64,000 nucleotides of DNA from Thermomicrobiales bacterium (lineage in GTDB: Bacteria > Chloroflexota > Chloroflexia > Thermomicrobiales > UBA6265). A program made the position numbers and the translations under genes. The notes under the pieces were generated by a model, which was not told where the DNA came from, searched no databases, and saw only the letters and a list, made by a program, of their open reading frames with translations. This document shows positions 1 through 9,335 of this stretch, one piece after another (positions within the stretch are counted from its first letter, which is position 1; each line of letters opens with the position of its first letter). The stretch is from contig JBOGUF010000045.1 of the NCBI GenBank assembly GCA_050696075.1, positions 13,129 to 77,128 of the forward strand, in the 5' to 3' direction.

Positions 1-7
1 ATCTGAG

Positions 8-457
8 ATGACACCCCCCGACCTGCTGACAACCCTGCGAGCTCGCGGCGTCACGGTAACGCGCCGTGGTGATCGCGTCCGCTGCGAACCCGCTGGCAAC
101 CTGATCGATGACCTTCGCCCGGCGATCACCCGGCACAAAGCTGCCCTGCTCATGCTGCTCGACCGCGAGCGATTCACCGCCGATCCACGACCCGACCTGA
201 CCGACGACAGCGGACTGTGGAGACGCCTCCTTGCGGCAGCCTACGACCGTGACGGCCACGCTCCGGCCGGTGTCTTTGGCGCGCTCCACGGGCTACGCTG
301 CGAGGGCGCTCGGCTCGTCGTCGCGGGCGGTCGCGTCAGGCTCGAATCTGGCGAACTTGGCGACGAGTACCAGGCATTGAAGCAGTCCTCCCTCACGCCG
401 CACACGGCGGCAATCATGCGCCTATTTGCCACCATCGCTCACCCGGAGGAAGCGTGA
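8..457 (+). CDS. hypothetical mobile-element protein with TubC_N-like docking motif at the N-terminus
   Basis: 149-aa ORF that starts 1 nt after a TGA at 4-6, so the upstream gene runs off the window. The N-terminus LLTTLRARGVTVTRRGDRVRCEPAGNLIDDLRPAITRHKAALLMLL fits the short LLxxLRxxGVxLxxxGDxLRxxxPxGxL...HKxxLLxLL motif common on phage/plasmid proteins. No function can be assigned. Confidence 0.4.
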   Translation: MTPPDLLTTLRARGVTVTRRGDRVRCEPAGNLIDDLRPAITRHKAALLMLLDRERFTADPRPDLTDDSGLWRRLLAAAYDRDGHAPAGVFGALHGLRCEGARLVVAGGRVRLESGELGDEYQALKQSSLTPHTAAIMRLFATIAHPEEA

Positions 458-789
458 CGATCATCAAGGCAATCCCGGTCAATATGACCGACATCGTCGC
501 AAGCAGCGCTACCCCGGCATCAATGAGCGGCACTCCGGCGGCACTCGACCCCACGCGGCTTGAGCGGTCATTGCCCATAGGTTCGGACTCAAGATGCCAG
601 TGCGTTGGCTGCGGCCGCTATTTCAGCGGCGCTCGCGCCTTCGAAGCCCACCAGCGCCTCACCAGGGACGGTGACGTGCTCTGCCTCGACCCGGCGAGCG
701 TCGGCCTGCGCATCATCCACAGCGGCGGATTCGCCTGGTGGAGCCGCGCGGCACCACGGCTTGTGGGGAACAACGAGGAAACGACATGA
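454..789 (+). CDS. hypothetical small Cys/His zinc-finger-like protein
   Basis: 111-aa ORF. GTG 454 overlaps the previous stop (GTGA) and follows GGAGGA at 445-450. CQCVGCGRYFSGARAFEAHQRL is a CxxC-x12-H element. Confidence 0.35.
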   Translation: MTIIKAIPVNMTDIVASSATPASMSGTPAALDPTRLERSLPIGSDSRCQCVGCGRYFSGARAFEAHQRLTRDGDVLCLDPASVGLRIIHSGGFAWWSRAAPRLVGNNEETT

Positions 790-1005
790 CCTTCAATGCG
801 GTCGAGGTGAATACGAGGGCGCGGCAGCGCCGTCGCCGGCCCGCGATCAAGATGCTGCGTCCGGCTTCGTGGTCGTAATTCGATGCATCGACCCGGAACA
901 GCGCATCAAGAAGTTTCCATTCAACCGCTGACTCCAGTAGAATGGCGAGGCATCAGGTCCATACCAGTGAGTAACGGCCGCGAAACCGCGAGAGGGAGGA
1001 TCGCG

Positions 1006-3873
1006 TTGTCCAGCATTGCCATTCCGGTGAGTGCGCCGCGGATCGGGTCGCTTGTCAGCGCCCGCGAGCGAGACTGGGTTGTCTTGCCGGCCGCCGAAGA
1101 GAACGTCGTACGCCTCCGTCCGCTGACCGGCAGCGAGGAGGATGCGACCGGCATTTTTCTGCCGCTGGAGCGCTGGAAGAAGAGCGAGTTCTTGCCGCCA
1201 GACCCGGACCACTCCGGCGATACCCAAGGCGGTCTGCTTTTGCTCGATGCCGCGCGCCTCGCTCTTCGCGACGGTGCCGCGCCCTTCCGCTCGATGGGCC
1301 GCATCTCGGTCACTCCGCGCCCTTATCAATTCGTGCCGCTCATCATGGCGCTACGTCAAGATCCTGTGCGACTGCTCGTCGCGGACGATGTAGGAGTGGG
1401 GAAAACGATCGAAGCGGCCATGATCGCTCGCGAGATGCTCGACCGCGGCCTGGCGCAACGCCTGGCGGTCATCTGCCCCGCTCACCTCTGCGAGCAATGG
1501 GAGAAAGAGCTGCGGGAGAAGTTCGGAATCGAGGCGGCCGTTATTCAGCCTTCCCGGTTCGCCCGCCTGGAGCGCGAGCTGCCGCGCGGCGATTTGAGCG
1601 TCTTCCGCTACCACCGCCACCTCATCGCCAGCATCGACTTCGTCAAGGCCGGCGTCCACCGCCACCACTTCCTGGAGAACGCGCCCGACCTCATCATCGT
1701 CGACGAAGCGCACGTCGCCGCCCGCCCTCGCGGCGACCGCGGCCAGGTTCAGCACCAGCGCTACGAGTTCGTCCGTGGCCTTGCGTCAGACCCAACCCGC
1801 CACGTCATTCTGGTCACGGCAACGCCGCACAGCGGTATCGAGGAGAGTTTCCGCTCGCTCCTTGGCTTGCTCGACCAGCGCTTCGACGCCCATGGCCTCA
1901 ACCCGCCGCCCGAGCTCGATCGGTCTGCCCTCGTCCCGCACGTCGTTCAGCGGCGTCGCGATGACCTGGCCCACTGGCCCGGCGGTGACACGCCGTTCCC
2001 CCAGCGCGAGTCGAAGGAGCACCGCTACGCCCTCAGCGCCGACTACTACCGCCTCTTCGAGGACGTCCTCGCCTATTGTCGCGGCACGGTGGACGCCGGG
2101 CGCGGCCTGCGTGCCCAGCAGCAGCGCGTTCGCCACTGGGCCGCCATCGCCCTCCTGCGCTGCGTCCTCTCCAGCCCTGCCGCCGCTTCCTCGGTCTTGA
2201 GCGCGCGTGCCAAGCGGCTCCACGACGGAGAGGCGCCGGTCGATCTCTTCGAGTCGCCCGACGACGCCGATGCTGCTTACCGCCCGCAGGTGCTCGACGC
2301 AATCGGCGAGGAACAGGCCGGCGACTACGTCCCGGCCGCTCCTCTCGAAGACGCCGAACCCTTCCTCGACGACGCCGAGCGCCGGCGGCTTGCCGGGTTC
2401 CTGAAGGGCGCCCGTAACCTCGAAGGCCCAGTGAAGGACGCCAAGCTGGCCGAGGCTGGGAAAGCGGTCGGCGACGCCCTTCGCGACGGCTTCCGGCCGA
2501 TCGTCTTCTGCCGCTTCATCGCCACCGCCAACTATGTAGCCGCTTCGCTCGGGAAAACCCTCGGCAAGGAGTTTCCCGGCCTTCGCGCCGTCGCCGTCAC
2601 CGGCGAGATCGGCCACGAGGAGCGCCGCGCCATCATCGACGAGCTGGTTGCGGAACCCGGTCCGCGCGTCCTCGTCGCGACCGACTGCCTGAGCGAGGGG
2701 ATTAACCTCCAGGAGCACGTCGACGCCGTCCTCCATTACGATCTGCCCTGGAACCCGAACCGGCTAGAGCAGCGTGAGGGCCGCGTCGACCGCTTCGGCC
2801 AAGCCAAGCCGGTCGTCCGCGTTGGCCTCCTCTACGGCGCCGACAATCCTATCGACGGCGTCGTCCTCGACGTCCTGATCCGCAAGGCGCGGACGATCCG
2901 CAACCGGCTCGGCATCGCCATACCCGTTCCGGAAGACACCGAGCAGGTCGTCCAGGCCGTCGTCGAGAGCGTCCTCCTGCGTGGGCGCGGGCCGCAGGCC
3001 CAATTGCAGTTGGATTTCGGCGCCTCCGATGTGAGCCGCCTTCACGCGACGATGGACGCCGCCGCCGAAAAGGAGGCGAGCCAGCGCCGCTACTTCGCCC
3101 AGCGCGGTATCAAGCCGGAGGAAGTGGCCCGCGAAGTCGCCGCGACCGTTCCCGTCCTGGGCGACGAAGAAGCCGTCCAGCGCTTCCTCGCCAATGCCGC
3201 CCAGCGCCTCGCCGGTTCGCTCCGGGCGACGGGTCGCAACGGTGTCTTCGACCTCTACCCCGGCGACCTCGCCGACGACCTGGAGCGGCGCGGTTACGAG
3301 GGAAATCCGCTCCGCGTCACCTTCGACGCCCTCACCGACCCCGACGCGCATTGCCTTGGCCGCACGCATCCGGTCGTTTCCGCCTACTGCGATGCGGTCC
3401 TTGGCAAGGCGCTCGGTCCCGAGCCGGACGCACGGTTCGCGCGCTGTGGCGCGGTCTTCACCAACGCCGTCACCAGGCGCACTGCCGTTGTGCTTCTCCG
3501 GCTGCGCTATCTCCTCCGCGAGAAGGTCGAGGAGTTCGCGGAGGAGGTCGTCCTCGTCGCCATCGAGAGCCAGGGCGGTCAACCGCGTTGGATCGAGCCG
3601 CTCGATACCGCCGCCCGCGAGCTCCTGACGGCAGCAGACCGACCCGTCGCCAACATGAGTCAGTCCGAGCGCGCAGAGCACGTCCAGTGGGCGCTCGGCC
3701 TCCTTGACCGCACCCCCAGTTGCTACCAGCCGATCGTCCAGTGGCGGGTCGAGCAGCTCCAGGCGTCGCACAACCGGCTGCGCAAGCTCGTCAAGGCGTC
3801 GCCGCTCAAGGTGGATGCGCACGATCCTGACCTCCTCGGCTGCTACGTCCTCGTGCCCGGAGGGAGCCGCTGA
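1006..3873 (+). CDS. SNF2-family helicase (DISARM DrmD-like)
   Basis: The ORF in the track is 883-3873. I prefer TTG 1006, which lies 5 nt after GGGAGGA at 994-1000; GTG 1027 is an alternative. Motifs seen: Walker A LLVADDVGVGKTIEAAMIAREML, DEAH box LIIVDEAHVAARP, ILVTATPHSG, and the C-terminal helicase lobe LVATDCLSEGINLQEHVDAVLHYDLPWNPNRLEQREGRVDRFGQ. Confidence 0.85.
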   Translation: MSSIAIPVSAPRIGSLVSARERDWVVLPAAEENVVRLRPLTGSEEDATGIFLPLERWKKSEFLPPDPDHSGDTQGGLLLLDAARLALRDGAAPFRSMGRISVTPRPYQFVPLIMALRQDPVRLLVADDVGVGKTIEAAMIAREMLDRGLAQRLAVICPAHLCEQWEKELREKFGIEAAVIQPSRFARLERELPRGDLSVFRYHRHLIASIDFVKAGVHRHHFLENAPDLIIVDEAHVAARPRGDRGQVQHQRYEFVRGLASDPTRHVILVTATPHSGIEESFRSLLGLLDQRFDAHGLNPPPELDRSALVPHVVQRRRDDLAHWPGGDTPFPQRESKEHRYALSADYYRLFEDVLAYCRGTVDAGRGLRAQQQRVRHWAAIALLRCVLSSPAAASSVLSARAKRLHDGEAPVDLFESPDDADAAYRPQVLDAIGEEQAGDYVPAAPLEDAEPFLDDAERRRLAGFLKGARNLEGPVKDAKLAEAGKAVGDALRDGFRPIVFCRFIATANYVAASLGKTLGKEFPGLRAVAVTGEIGHEERRAIIDELVAEPGPRVLVATDCLSEGINLQEHVDAVLHYDLPWNPNRLEQREGRVDRFGQAKPVVRVGLLYGADNPIDGVVLDVLIRKARTIRNRLGIAIPVPEDTEQVVQAVVESVLLRGRGPQAQLQLDFGASDVSRLHATMDAAAEKEASQRRYFAQRGIKPEEVAREVAATVPVLGDEEAVQRFLANAAQRLAGSLRATGRNGVFDLYPGDLADDLERRGYEGNPLRVTFDALTDPDAHCLGRTHPVVSAYCDAVLGKALGPEPDARFARCGAVFTNAVTRRTAVVLLRLRYLLREKVEEFAEEVVLVAIESQGGQPRWIEPLDTAARELLTAADRPVANMSQSERAEHVQWALGLLDRTPSCYQPIVQWRVEQLQASHNRLRKLVKASPLKVDAHDPDLLGCYVLVPGGSR

Positions 3874-6800
3874 TGGCCTACGCCGCGATCGAGATCGAGG
3901 GTGGGCTCTTCCCGGCGGATCTGCTCGACCGGATCGCCGCCGGCGAGGGCGCCGGCCAGGCCGCGAAGGAGTTCGGCCTCGACGGCCGCCGCCTCTCCGA
4001 CGAGACGCAGGCCGCCTTCTCCGACGTCCGCTCCTACTGGGACGCCTTCCAGCGCCGCCGCGAGCACTCCCGCGAGAGTCTGACCAGTCTCACGCGGGAG
4101 AGCTGGATGATCCCCGCCCTCGAACGGCTCGGCTTCGATCTCGTCTACCAGCGTGCCGGCCTCGCGGTCGGCGCCGAGAGCTATCAGATCTCGCACCTGG
4201 CCGGCGATGATCCGTCGGCTCCGCCGCTGCATGTCGTCGCCATCGACCAGGACCTCGGCAAGAAGGAGGGCGCCCGTCGCAGTCCCCACGCCCTCGTCCA
4301 GGAGTACCTCAATCGCTCCGACGCGCTCTGGGGCATCGTCACCAACGGGGAACGACTGCGCCTCCTGCGCGACTCGAACCGCCTCTCTCGCCCCACCTAC
4401 CTTGAGTTCGATCTGCGGGGAATGATCGAGGCGAATCTCTACAGCGAGTTTGTTCTCCTCTACCGCCTCCTCCATCGGACGCGTTTTCCGCGGAGTGCTG
4501 GCGCCGCCGCCTCGTGCATTCTGGAAAGGCTCTACCAGGAAGGGCTCGACGAAGGCGGGCGCGTCCGGAAGCACCTGCGCGACGGGGTCGAGCAGGCGCT
4601 GGAGATCCTCGGCAATGCCTTCCTCTCGCACCCGGAGAGCGGAGACTTGAGAGCGGCCTTCGAGCGCGGCCATCTCGACGCCGCCCGGTACTATCGGCAG
4701 CTCCTGCGTCTCGTCTACCGCCTCCTCTTCCTCTTCGTCGCCGAGGAGCGGCGCCTCATCTTCCCGCCCGACTCGACCACGACCGATCTGCACGAGATCT
4801 ATTCGCGTTACTACAGCGCGAACCGTCTCCGCGACCGGTGCGAGCGCCCCTACGGTGGCGACCGGTTCGGTGACCTCTGGCGGGGTCTTGTGCGGACCTT
4901 CGAACTCCTCCGCGACGACGAGACCGCGAGGATGCTGGGCCTCACGGCACTCGACGGCGAGCTCTTCGGGCCGTCCGCCTGCCGGGACCTGGAGACCGCC
5001 CACTGCCACAACCGCGACCTGCTCCGGGCGATCTTCCACCTCTCGACCTTCAAGGACGAAAAGGTCCGCCGCCGCGTCAACTACGCCGGGCTCGACGTCG
5101 AGGAGCTTGGCTCCGTCTATGAGAGCCTCCTCGAATACCGCCCTGCCGTCCGTCTCGATGATCCTAGGCCGTTCCAGCTCGTCGCCGGCAGCGACCGCAA
5201 GACGACCGGCTCCTACTACACCCCGCCCGAGCTGGTCCGCGAGCTGATCGAGTCCGCGCTCGTCCCGGTCCTGAACGAGCAGCTTGCCGCCGCGAAGACG
5301 CGGGAGGAGCAGGAGCGAGCGATCCTCAGCCTGAAGGTCTGCGATCCGGCGTCCGGCTCGGGTCACTTCCTCCTCGCCGCCGCCCGCCGACTGGGAAGGG
5401 AGTTGGCGCGCGTTCGTACCGGCGAAGCCGAGCCCGCGCCCGATGCCTACCGTCTCGCCGTCCGCGACGTCATCCGCTCCTGCATCTACGCCGTCGACAA
5501 GAACCCGCTCGCCGTCGATCTCTGCAAAGTCGCCCTCTGGATCGAGGGCCACCACGCCGGCCTACCCCTTTCCTTCCTCGACTATCACATCAAACACGGC
5601 GATAGCCTGGTTGGGGTCTTTGACCTCGCGGTGCTGAGGCAGGGCATCCCGGACGATGCGTACAAGTCGGTGACCGGTGACGACAAGAAGTTTGCTATCC
5701 ACGTCCGAAAGCTCAACACGACACGGTCGCTCGACTATGCCGATGGCTTTCCAGATCTGGACGGCGAGTTCGCTCGGGAGTTCGGCGCGCTTGCGCTCCT
5801 TGATGAGCGGAATGCCAATGACGTCCGGGCGAAGGAACAGATCTACGCGCAGCTCCGCGACCCGGAGACCGTCTGGTGGACCTGGAGGCGGGCGTGCAAC
5901 CTCTGGACCGCCGCCTTCTTCGCGCCGCTTGTCGAGGACGCGCCGCGACGCTTTTCGGGATCACTCGCGCCGCTGACGGAGGACGTCCATCGAGCGCTCA
6001 CGCAGCCGAAGTCGCTCGATGCTGAAGTCGGCGGACGGGCCGACGCGCTGGCTGATCGGCTCGCCTTCTTCCATTGGCCGCTTGAGTTTCCCGAGGTATT
6101 CGAGGCCGGCGGCTTCGACGTGGTTCTCGGCAACCCGCCGTGGGAGCGGATCAAGCTGCAAGAGCAGGAGTTCTTCGCCGCGCGCGATCCGGCGATTGCC
6201 ACCGCGTCGAACAAAGCCGCGCGCCAACGCCTGATCGATCGACTACCCGAGAGCGATCCGGCGCTTGCCCGAGCGTTCGCGGACGCGAAGCACGACGCCG
6301 AGGCGGCGAGCACGTTCCTTCGCGCATCCGGCCGCTTCCCACGCACCGGCCGCGGCGACATCAACACGTACTCCGTCTTTGCCGAGCAAACGGCCCGGAT
6401 GGCGGGTCATCGCGGTCGTGGCGGCGTGCTCGTGCCGACCGGCATCGCCACCGACGACACCAACAAGCACTTCTTCCGCTGGCTGGTCGAGCACGGCCGC
6501 TTGGTCAGCCTCTTCGACTTCGAGAACCGCGAGGGGCTCTTCCCCGCGGTCGACAGCCGCATGAAGTTCTCGCTGCTGACGGTGAGCGGGGCGGAGCGGC
6601 CGGCGGCGCCATTCGAGGCCGCCTTCTTCCTCCTCCAGCCAGCCGAACTGCGCGACCCGGAAAGCCGCTTCACCCTGTCGGCGGACGACATCGCCCTCCT
6701 CAACCCGAACACCCGCACCTGCCCCATCTTCCGCTCGGCGCGGGACGCCGAGATCACCAGGGCGCTCTACCGCGCCGCGCCGGTGCTGATCAACGAGGCG

Positions 6801-8429
6801 ACCGGCGAGAACCCGTGGGGCGTCACGTTCAAGCGCATGTTGGACATGTCGAACGACTCCCACCTCTTCCGGACGCGGGCGGAGCTGGAGGGAGATGGCG
6901 CGATCCTCGGGCCGGATGGCCGGTTCCGGCGGGGCGACGAGGTGTGGGAGCGACTTTATCAAGGAATGATGTTCCAAAACTATGACCACCGAGCGGCCGA
7001 CATTGTGCATAGCGCAACGGCGGCTCAACGCCAGAATCAACCGATTGATATCTCAACCGAGGAACATAACGATTCCAGTCGCCTCGCGATACCGATGTAT
7101 TGGGTACATGAGCAGGACATCGCCGCTCGCCTGGTCGATTATTGCCGAGAGTGGTTTGTCGCATTTGCAAATGTGACCAGTCCGACGAACATGACGACGG
7201 TTAAATTGACTATCCTGCCGCGAACCGCTGCCGGTCATAGCCTTCAGCTCATACTCCCGAAAGACACAGTCAGTGCTTCACGAGTTGCTGCCCTCGCCGC
7301 CAATCTCAACTGCCTCGCCTTTGACTGGGTTACTAGGCAAAAGATTGGAGGCGTGAACCTCAGCTACTTCATCGTCAAGCAGCTTCCCGTCCTTCCGCCC
7401 GAGACCTACACCCTGGACCTGCTCGATGAGATCGTCACCCGCGTCCTGGAGCTGGTCTACACGGCGCACGACCTGGTGCCCTTCGCGCGGGACTGCGGCT
7501 GCGACGGCCCGCCGTTCGACTGGGACGAGGAGCGGCGGGCGCAACTGCGGGCGGAGCTGGACGGCATCTACGCTCATCTCTACGGGCTGAACCGTGACGA
7601 CTTCGCCTACATCCTTGGCACCTTCCCTGTGCTGGAGAAGAACGAGCGAAAGGCGTTCGGGGAGTACCGCACCAAGCGCCTCTGCCTCGACGCCTATGAC
7701 CGCTTCACCGATCTGAGCGGTGAGGCTGCCGCCGCGGTGCGCCACGTCTTCGTGTTGCCCGAGGCTCCAGCCCGACCGGAGCCTGTCGCCGGCCTGATGG
7801 CCGCCGAGCCTCCGCCCTCTCCATACGATGCGCGGGCGGACGAATCGCCCAGTGTGACCGGCCACGACCGCTACCGGCAGGCGGCTGTCGTGGCGTGGCT
7901 CGCGAACCAAAGCGCGGGCGATCCGACTTTCGGCCGCACCAAGCTCGCCAAGGAGCTCTACTTCCTTCAAGAGCACCTTGGGGTCGATCTCAACCTCGAA
8001 TTCGTCCGCGAGGCCGCCGGTCCGCTCGATCCGAAGCTCTATCCCGTCGAGGGCCTGGCGCAAAAGCAGAGCTGGTTGACCGTCACCAAGCAGCGCCGAA
8101 TCGTCCGCTACCGGCCGGGCCGCAAGGCGGCCGAAGCGGACGGCGTCGCGCTCCGCTTCCTCTCCGACCGCCTCGCCGACGTCGAGGCACTGGTGACCTT
8201 CTTCCGTCCCTTCGACTGGCTCACCATCGAGCAGTGGGCAACCGTCCATCAGGTCTGGCGCCAGCGCCGCGAGCAAGGGCAGCCGCTGACGAAGTCGGCC
8301 ATCCTCGACGAGGTCCTCGCCTGGAAGCCGTCCCGCAGCGGCTTTGACCGGCGCTCGATCGCGCAGGTCATCGACGCGATGATCGAGCATGGATTTGTCG
8401 CGCTGCCCGATCATCAACCGCGCACATGA
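3873..8429 (+). CDS. large Eco57I-type (gamma-class) N6-adenine DNA methyltransferase with extra C-terminal domain (DISARM DrmMI-like)
   Basis: 1518-aa ORF whose ATG overlaps the SNF2 stop (TGATG at 3871-3875). Motif order is GSYYTPPELV, then motif I VCDPASGSGHFLLAAARRLG, then motif IV VLGNPPWERIK (NPPW). The tail LDGIYAHLYGLNRDDFAYILGTFPVLEKNERKAFGEYRTKRLCLDAYD is, from memory, typical of this long MTase family. A Pro-rich linker (~7740-7865) precedes a separate ~190-aa C-terminal domain. Confidence 0.85.
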   Translation: MAYAAIEIEGGLFPADLLDRIAAGEGAGQAAKEFGLDGRRLSDETQAAFSDVRSYWDAFQRRREHSRESLTSLTRESWMIPALERLGFDLVYQRAGLAVGAESYQISHLAGDDPSAPPLHVVAIDQDLGKKEGARRSPHALVQEYLNRSDALWGIVTNGERLRLLRDSNRLSRPTYLEFDLRGMIEANLYSEFVLLYRLLHRTRFPRSAGAAASCILERLYQEGLDEGGRVRKHLRDGVEQALEILGNAFLSHPESGDLRAAFERGHLDAARYYRQLLRLVYRLLFLFVAEERRLIFPPDSTTTDLHEIYSRYYSANRLRDRCERPYGGDRFGDLWRGLVRTFELLRDDETARMLGLTALDGELFGPSACRDLETAHCHNRDLLRAIFHLSTFKDEKVRRRVNYAGLDVEELGSVYESLLEYRPAVRLDDPRPFQLVAGSDRKTTGSYYTPPELVRELIESALVPVLNEQLAAAKTREEQERAILSLKVCDPASGSGHFLLAAARRLGRELARVRTGEAEPAPDAYRLAVRDVIRSCIYAVDKNPLAVDLCKVALWIEGHHAGLPLSFLDYHIKHGDSLVGVFDLAVLRQGIPDDAYKSVTGDDKKFAIHVRKLNTTRSLDYADGFPDLDGEFAREFGALALLDERNANDVRAKEQIYAQLRDPETVWWTWRRACNLWTAAFFAPLVEDAPRRFSGSLAPLTEDVHRALTQPKSLDAEVGGRADALADRLAFFHWPLEFPEVFEAGGFDVVLGNPPWERIKLQEQEFFAARDPAIATASNKAARQRLIDRLPESDPALARAFADAKHDAEAASTFLRASGRFPRTGRGDINTYSVFAEQTARMAGHRGRGGVLVPTGIATDDTNKHFFRWLVEHGRLVSLFDFENREGLFPAVDSRMKFSLLTVSGAERPAAPFEAAFFLLQPAELRDPESRFTLSADDIALLNPNTRTCPIFRSARDAEITRALYRAAPVLINEATGENPWGVTFKRMLDMSNDSHLFRTRAELEGDGAILGPDGRFRRGDEVWERLYQGMMFQNYDHRAADIVHSATAAQRQNQPIDISTEEHNDSSRLAIPMYWVHEQDIAARLVDYCREWFVAFANVTSPTNMTTVKLTILPRTAAGHSLQLILPKDTVSASRVAALAANLNCLAFDWVTRQKIGGVNLSYFIVKQLPVLPPETYTLDLLDEIVTRVLELVYTAHDLVPFARDCGCDGPPFDWDEERRAQLRAELDGIYAHLYGLNRDDFAYILGTFPVLEKNERKAFGEYRTKRLCLDAYDRFTDLSGEAAAAVRHVFVLPEAPARPEPVAGLMAAEPPPSPYDARADESPSVTGHDRYRQAAVVAWLANQSAGDPTFGRTKLAKELYFLQEHLGVDLNLEFVREAAGPLDPKLYPVEGLAQKQSWLTVTKQRRIVRYRPGRKAAEADGVALRFLSDRLADVEALVTFFRPFDWLTIEQWATVHQVWRQRREQGQPLTKSAILDEVLAWKPSRSGFDRRSIAQVIDAMIEHGFVALPDHQPRT

Positions 8430-8438
8430 TGGGAAGGA

Positions 8439-9335
8439 TCATTGGGACGGTCGCCACGAGCCGCGCACTGCGTGCCAGCGCGCATCGTCCTCCGGTTCGC
8501 CGCTTAGGACGGGATCAAGAAAGTCAGCGGCCAGCCGGTGTCCGGTCGCAAGGTCCGGTTCGAGTCCGACCTCCGTGGCGAGCCGTCGATACACAGTTGC
8601 CCAGCTCGACGGCGGGGATGGAAGTGCCGCGGGAATGGCGTGCGTTCCCCTGGCGGTGAAGGTGACGTCGAGTGCGTGCCGCAAGCGGCCTGCCTCGAAG
8701 TCGGCGGCAGAGCGGATCAGGACCAGGTCGATGAGGTCTTTGACCCGCGAGCTGGGGTGTTGCCCGCCAAAGGTGCGCGTGTAGGCGTGAACCTTCTCGG
8801 CGAGATGTTGTTCAAGGGGCAGCGCCGGGACCTCGATCGGTTCGAACCCCGCAAAGCCGAAGAAATCCGGTCCGTGCAGGCGATCAGGCGTGCCAACCAG
8901 TGGATCGCCGAATCCGACGTCGATGATCGCGTCCTCAAAGCGGCGGCCGTCGAGTCCGGCCGTGACGTGGTAGCGCACGGCGGCGCCTTCGAGATCGGGG
9001 TCCATCTTTCCTTGCCGCTCGATCTCGAACGTGAAGAAATCGCCGAGGTCGAGCGATTGGGCGGCGATGAGGTCCGTGGTCGCCGCCTCCTCGCTGTCCT
9101 GACGGGCAAGGTCCAGATCCCTGGTGGTGCGGGCACGGTCGCCGAGCCGCAGGTCCAGGGCCAGGCCGCCCTTGACGATCCATCGATCCGGGGCGACGAC
9201 GAGCAGGCGAGCCAGCAGGCGGTCGAAGACGACCATCTTACGCAGGCGCCCGAGCGCACGCTGGTCCTGCCGAGCCGCCGTATTGAGCCGCTGTTCCAGC
9301 GCGGCGCGGAACGCGGTCGCGGTGGCGTACCTCAT
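8439..9335 (-). CDS. abiEii: AbiEii/AbiGii-family nucleotidyltransferase toxin (type IV TA)
   Basis: 298 aa. The N-terminus MRYATATAFRAALEQRLNTAARQ...LRKMVVFDRLLARLL...WIVKGGLALDLRLGDRARTTRDLDLA is the characteristic AbiEii/DUF1814 nucleotidyltransferase fold signature. It overlaps the upstream antitoxin gene by 4 nt. Confidence 0.8.
   Translation of the reverse strand: MRYATATAFRAALEQRLNTAARQDQRALGRLRKMVVFDRLLARLLVVAPDRWIVKGGLALDLRLGDRARTTRDLDLARQDSEEAATTDLIAAQSLDLGDFFTFEIERQGKMDPDLEGAAVRYHVTAGLDGRRFEDAIIDVGFGDPLVGTPDRLHGPDFFGFAGFEPIEVPALPLEQHLAEKVHAYTRTFGGQHPSSRVKDLIDLVLIRSAADFEAGRLRHALDVTFTARGTHAIPAALPSPPSSWATVYRRLATEVGLEPDLATGHRLAADFLDPVLSGEPEDDARWHAVRGSWRPSQ

Noticed and set aside
883-1005. 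N-terminal 41 codons of the 996-aa SNF2 ORF (ATG 883).
   Set aside because: The segment is lower-GC and not protein-like. A strong SD (GGGAGGA, 994-1000) precedes an in-frame TTG at 1006, and the conserved N-terminus starts just after. The extension cannot be formally excluded.
3843-5555. Long antisense or out-of-frame ORFs in the track that overlap confidently assigned genes. Examples: 3843-5555(-) 570 aa, 2764-3822(-), 7278-8417(-), 8538-9611(+), 18694-19833(-), 44768-45934(-), 56679-57983(+), 58115-58966(+), 61692-62513(+).
   Set aside because: These are typical high-GC shadow ORFs. They have Arg/Pro/Gly/Ala-rich low-complexity translations and no motifs. Each is fully overlapped by a gene with strong family signatures on the other strand or in another frame.
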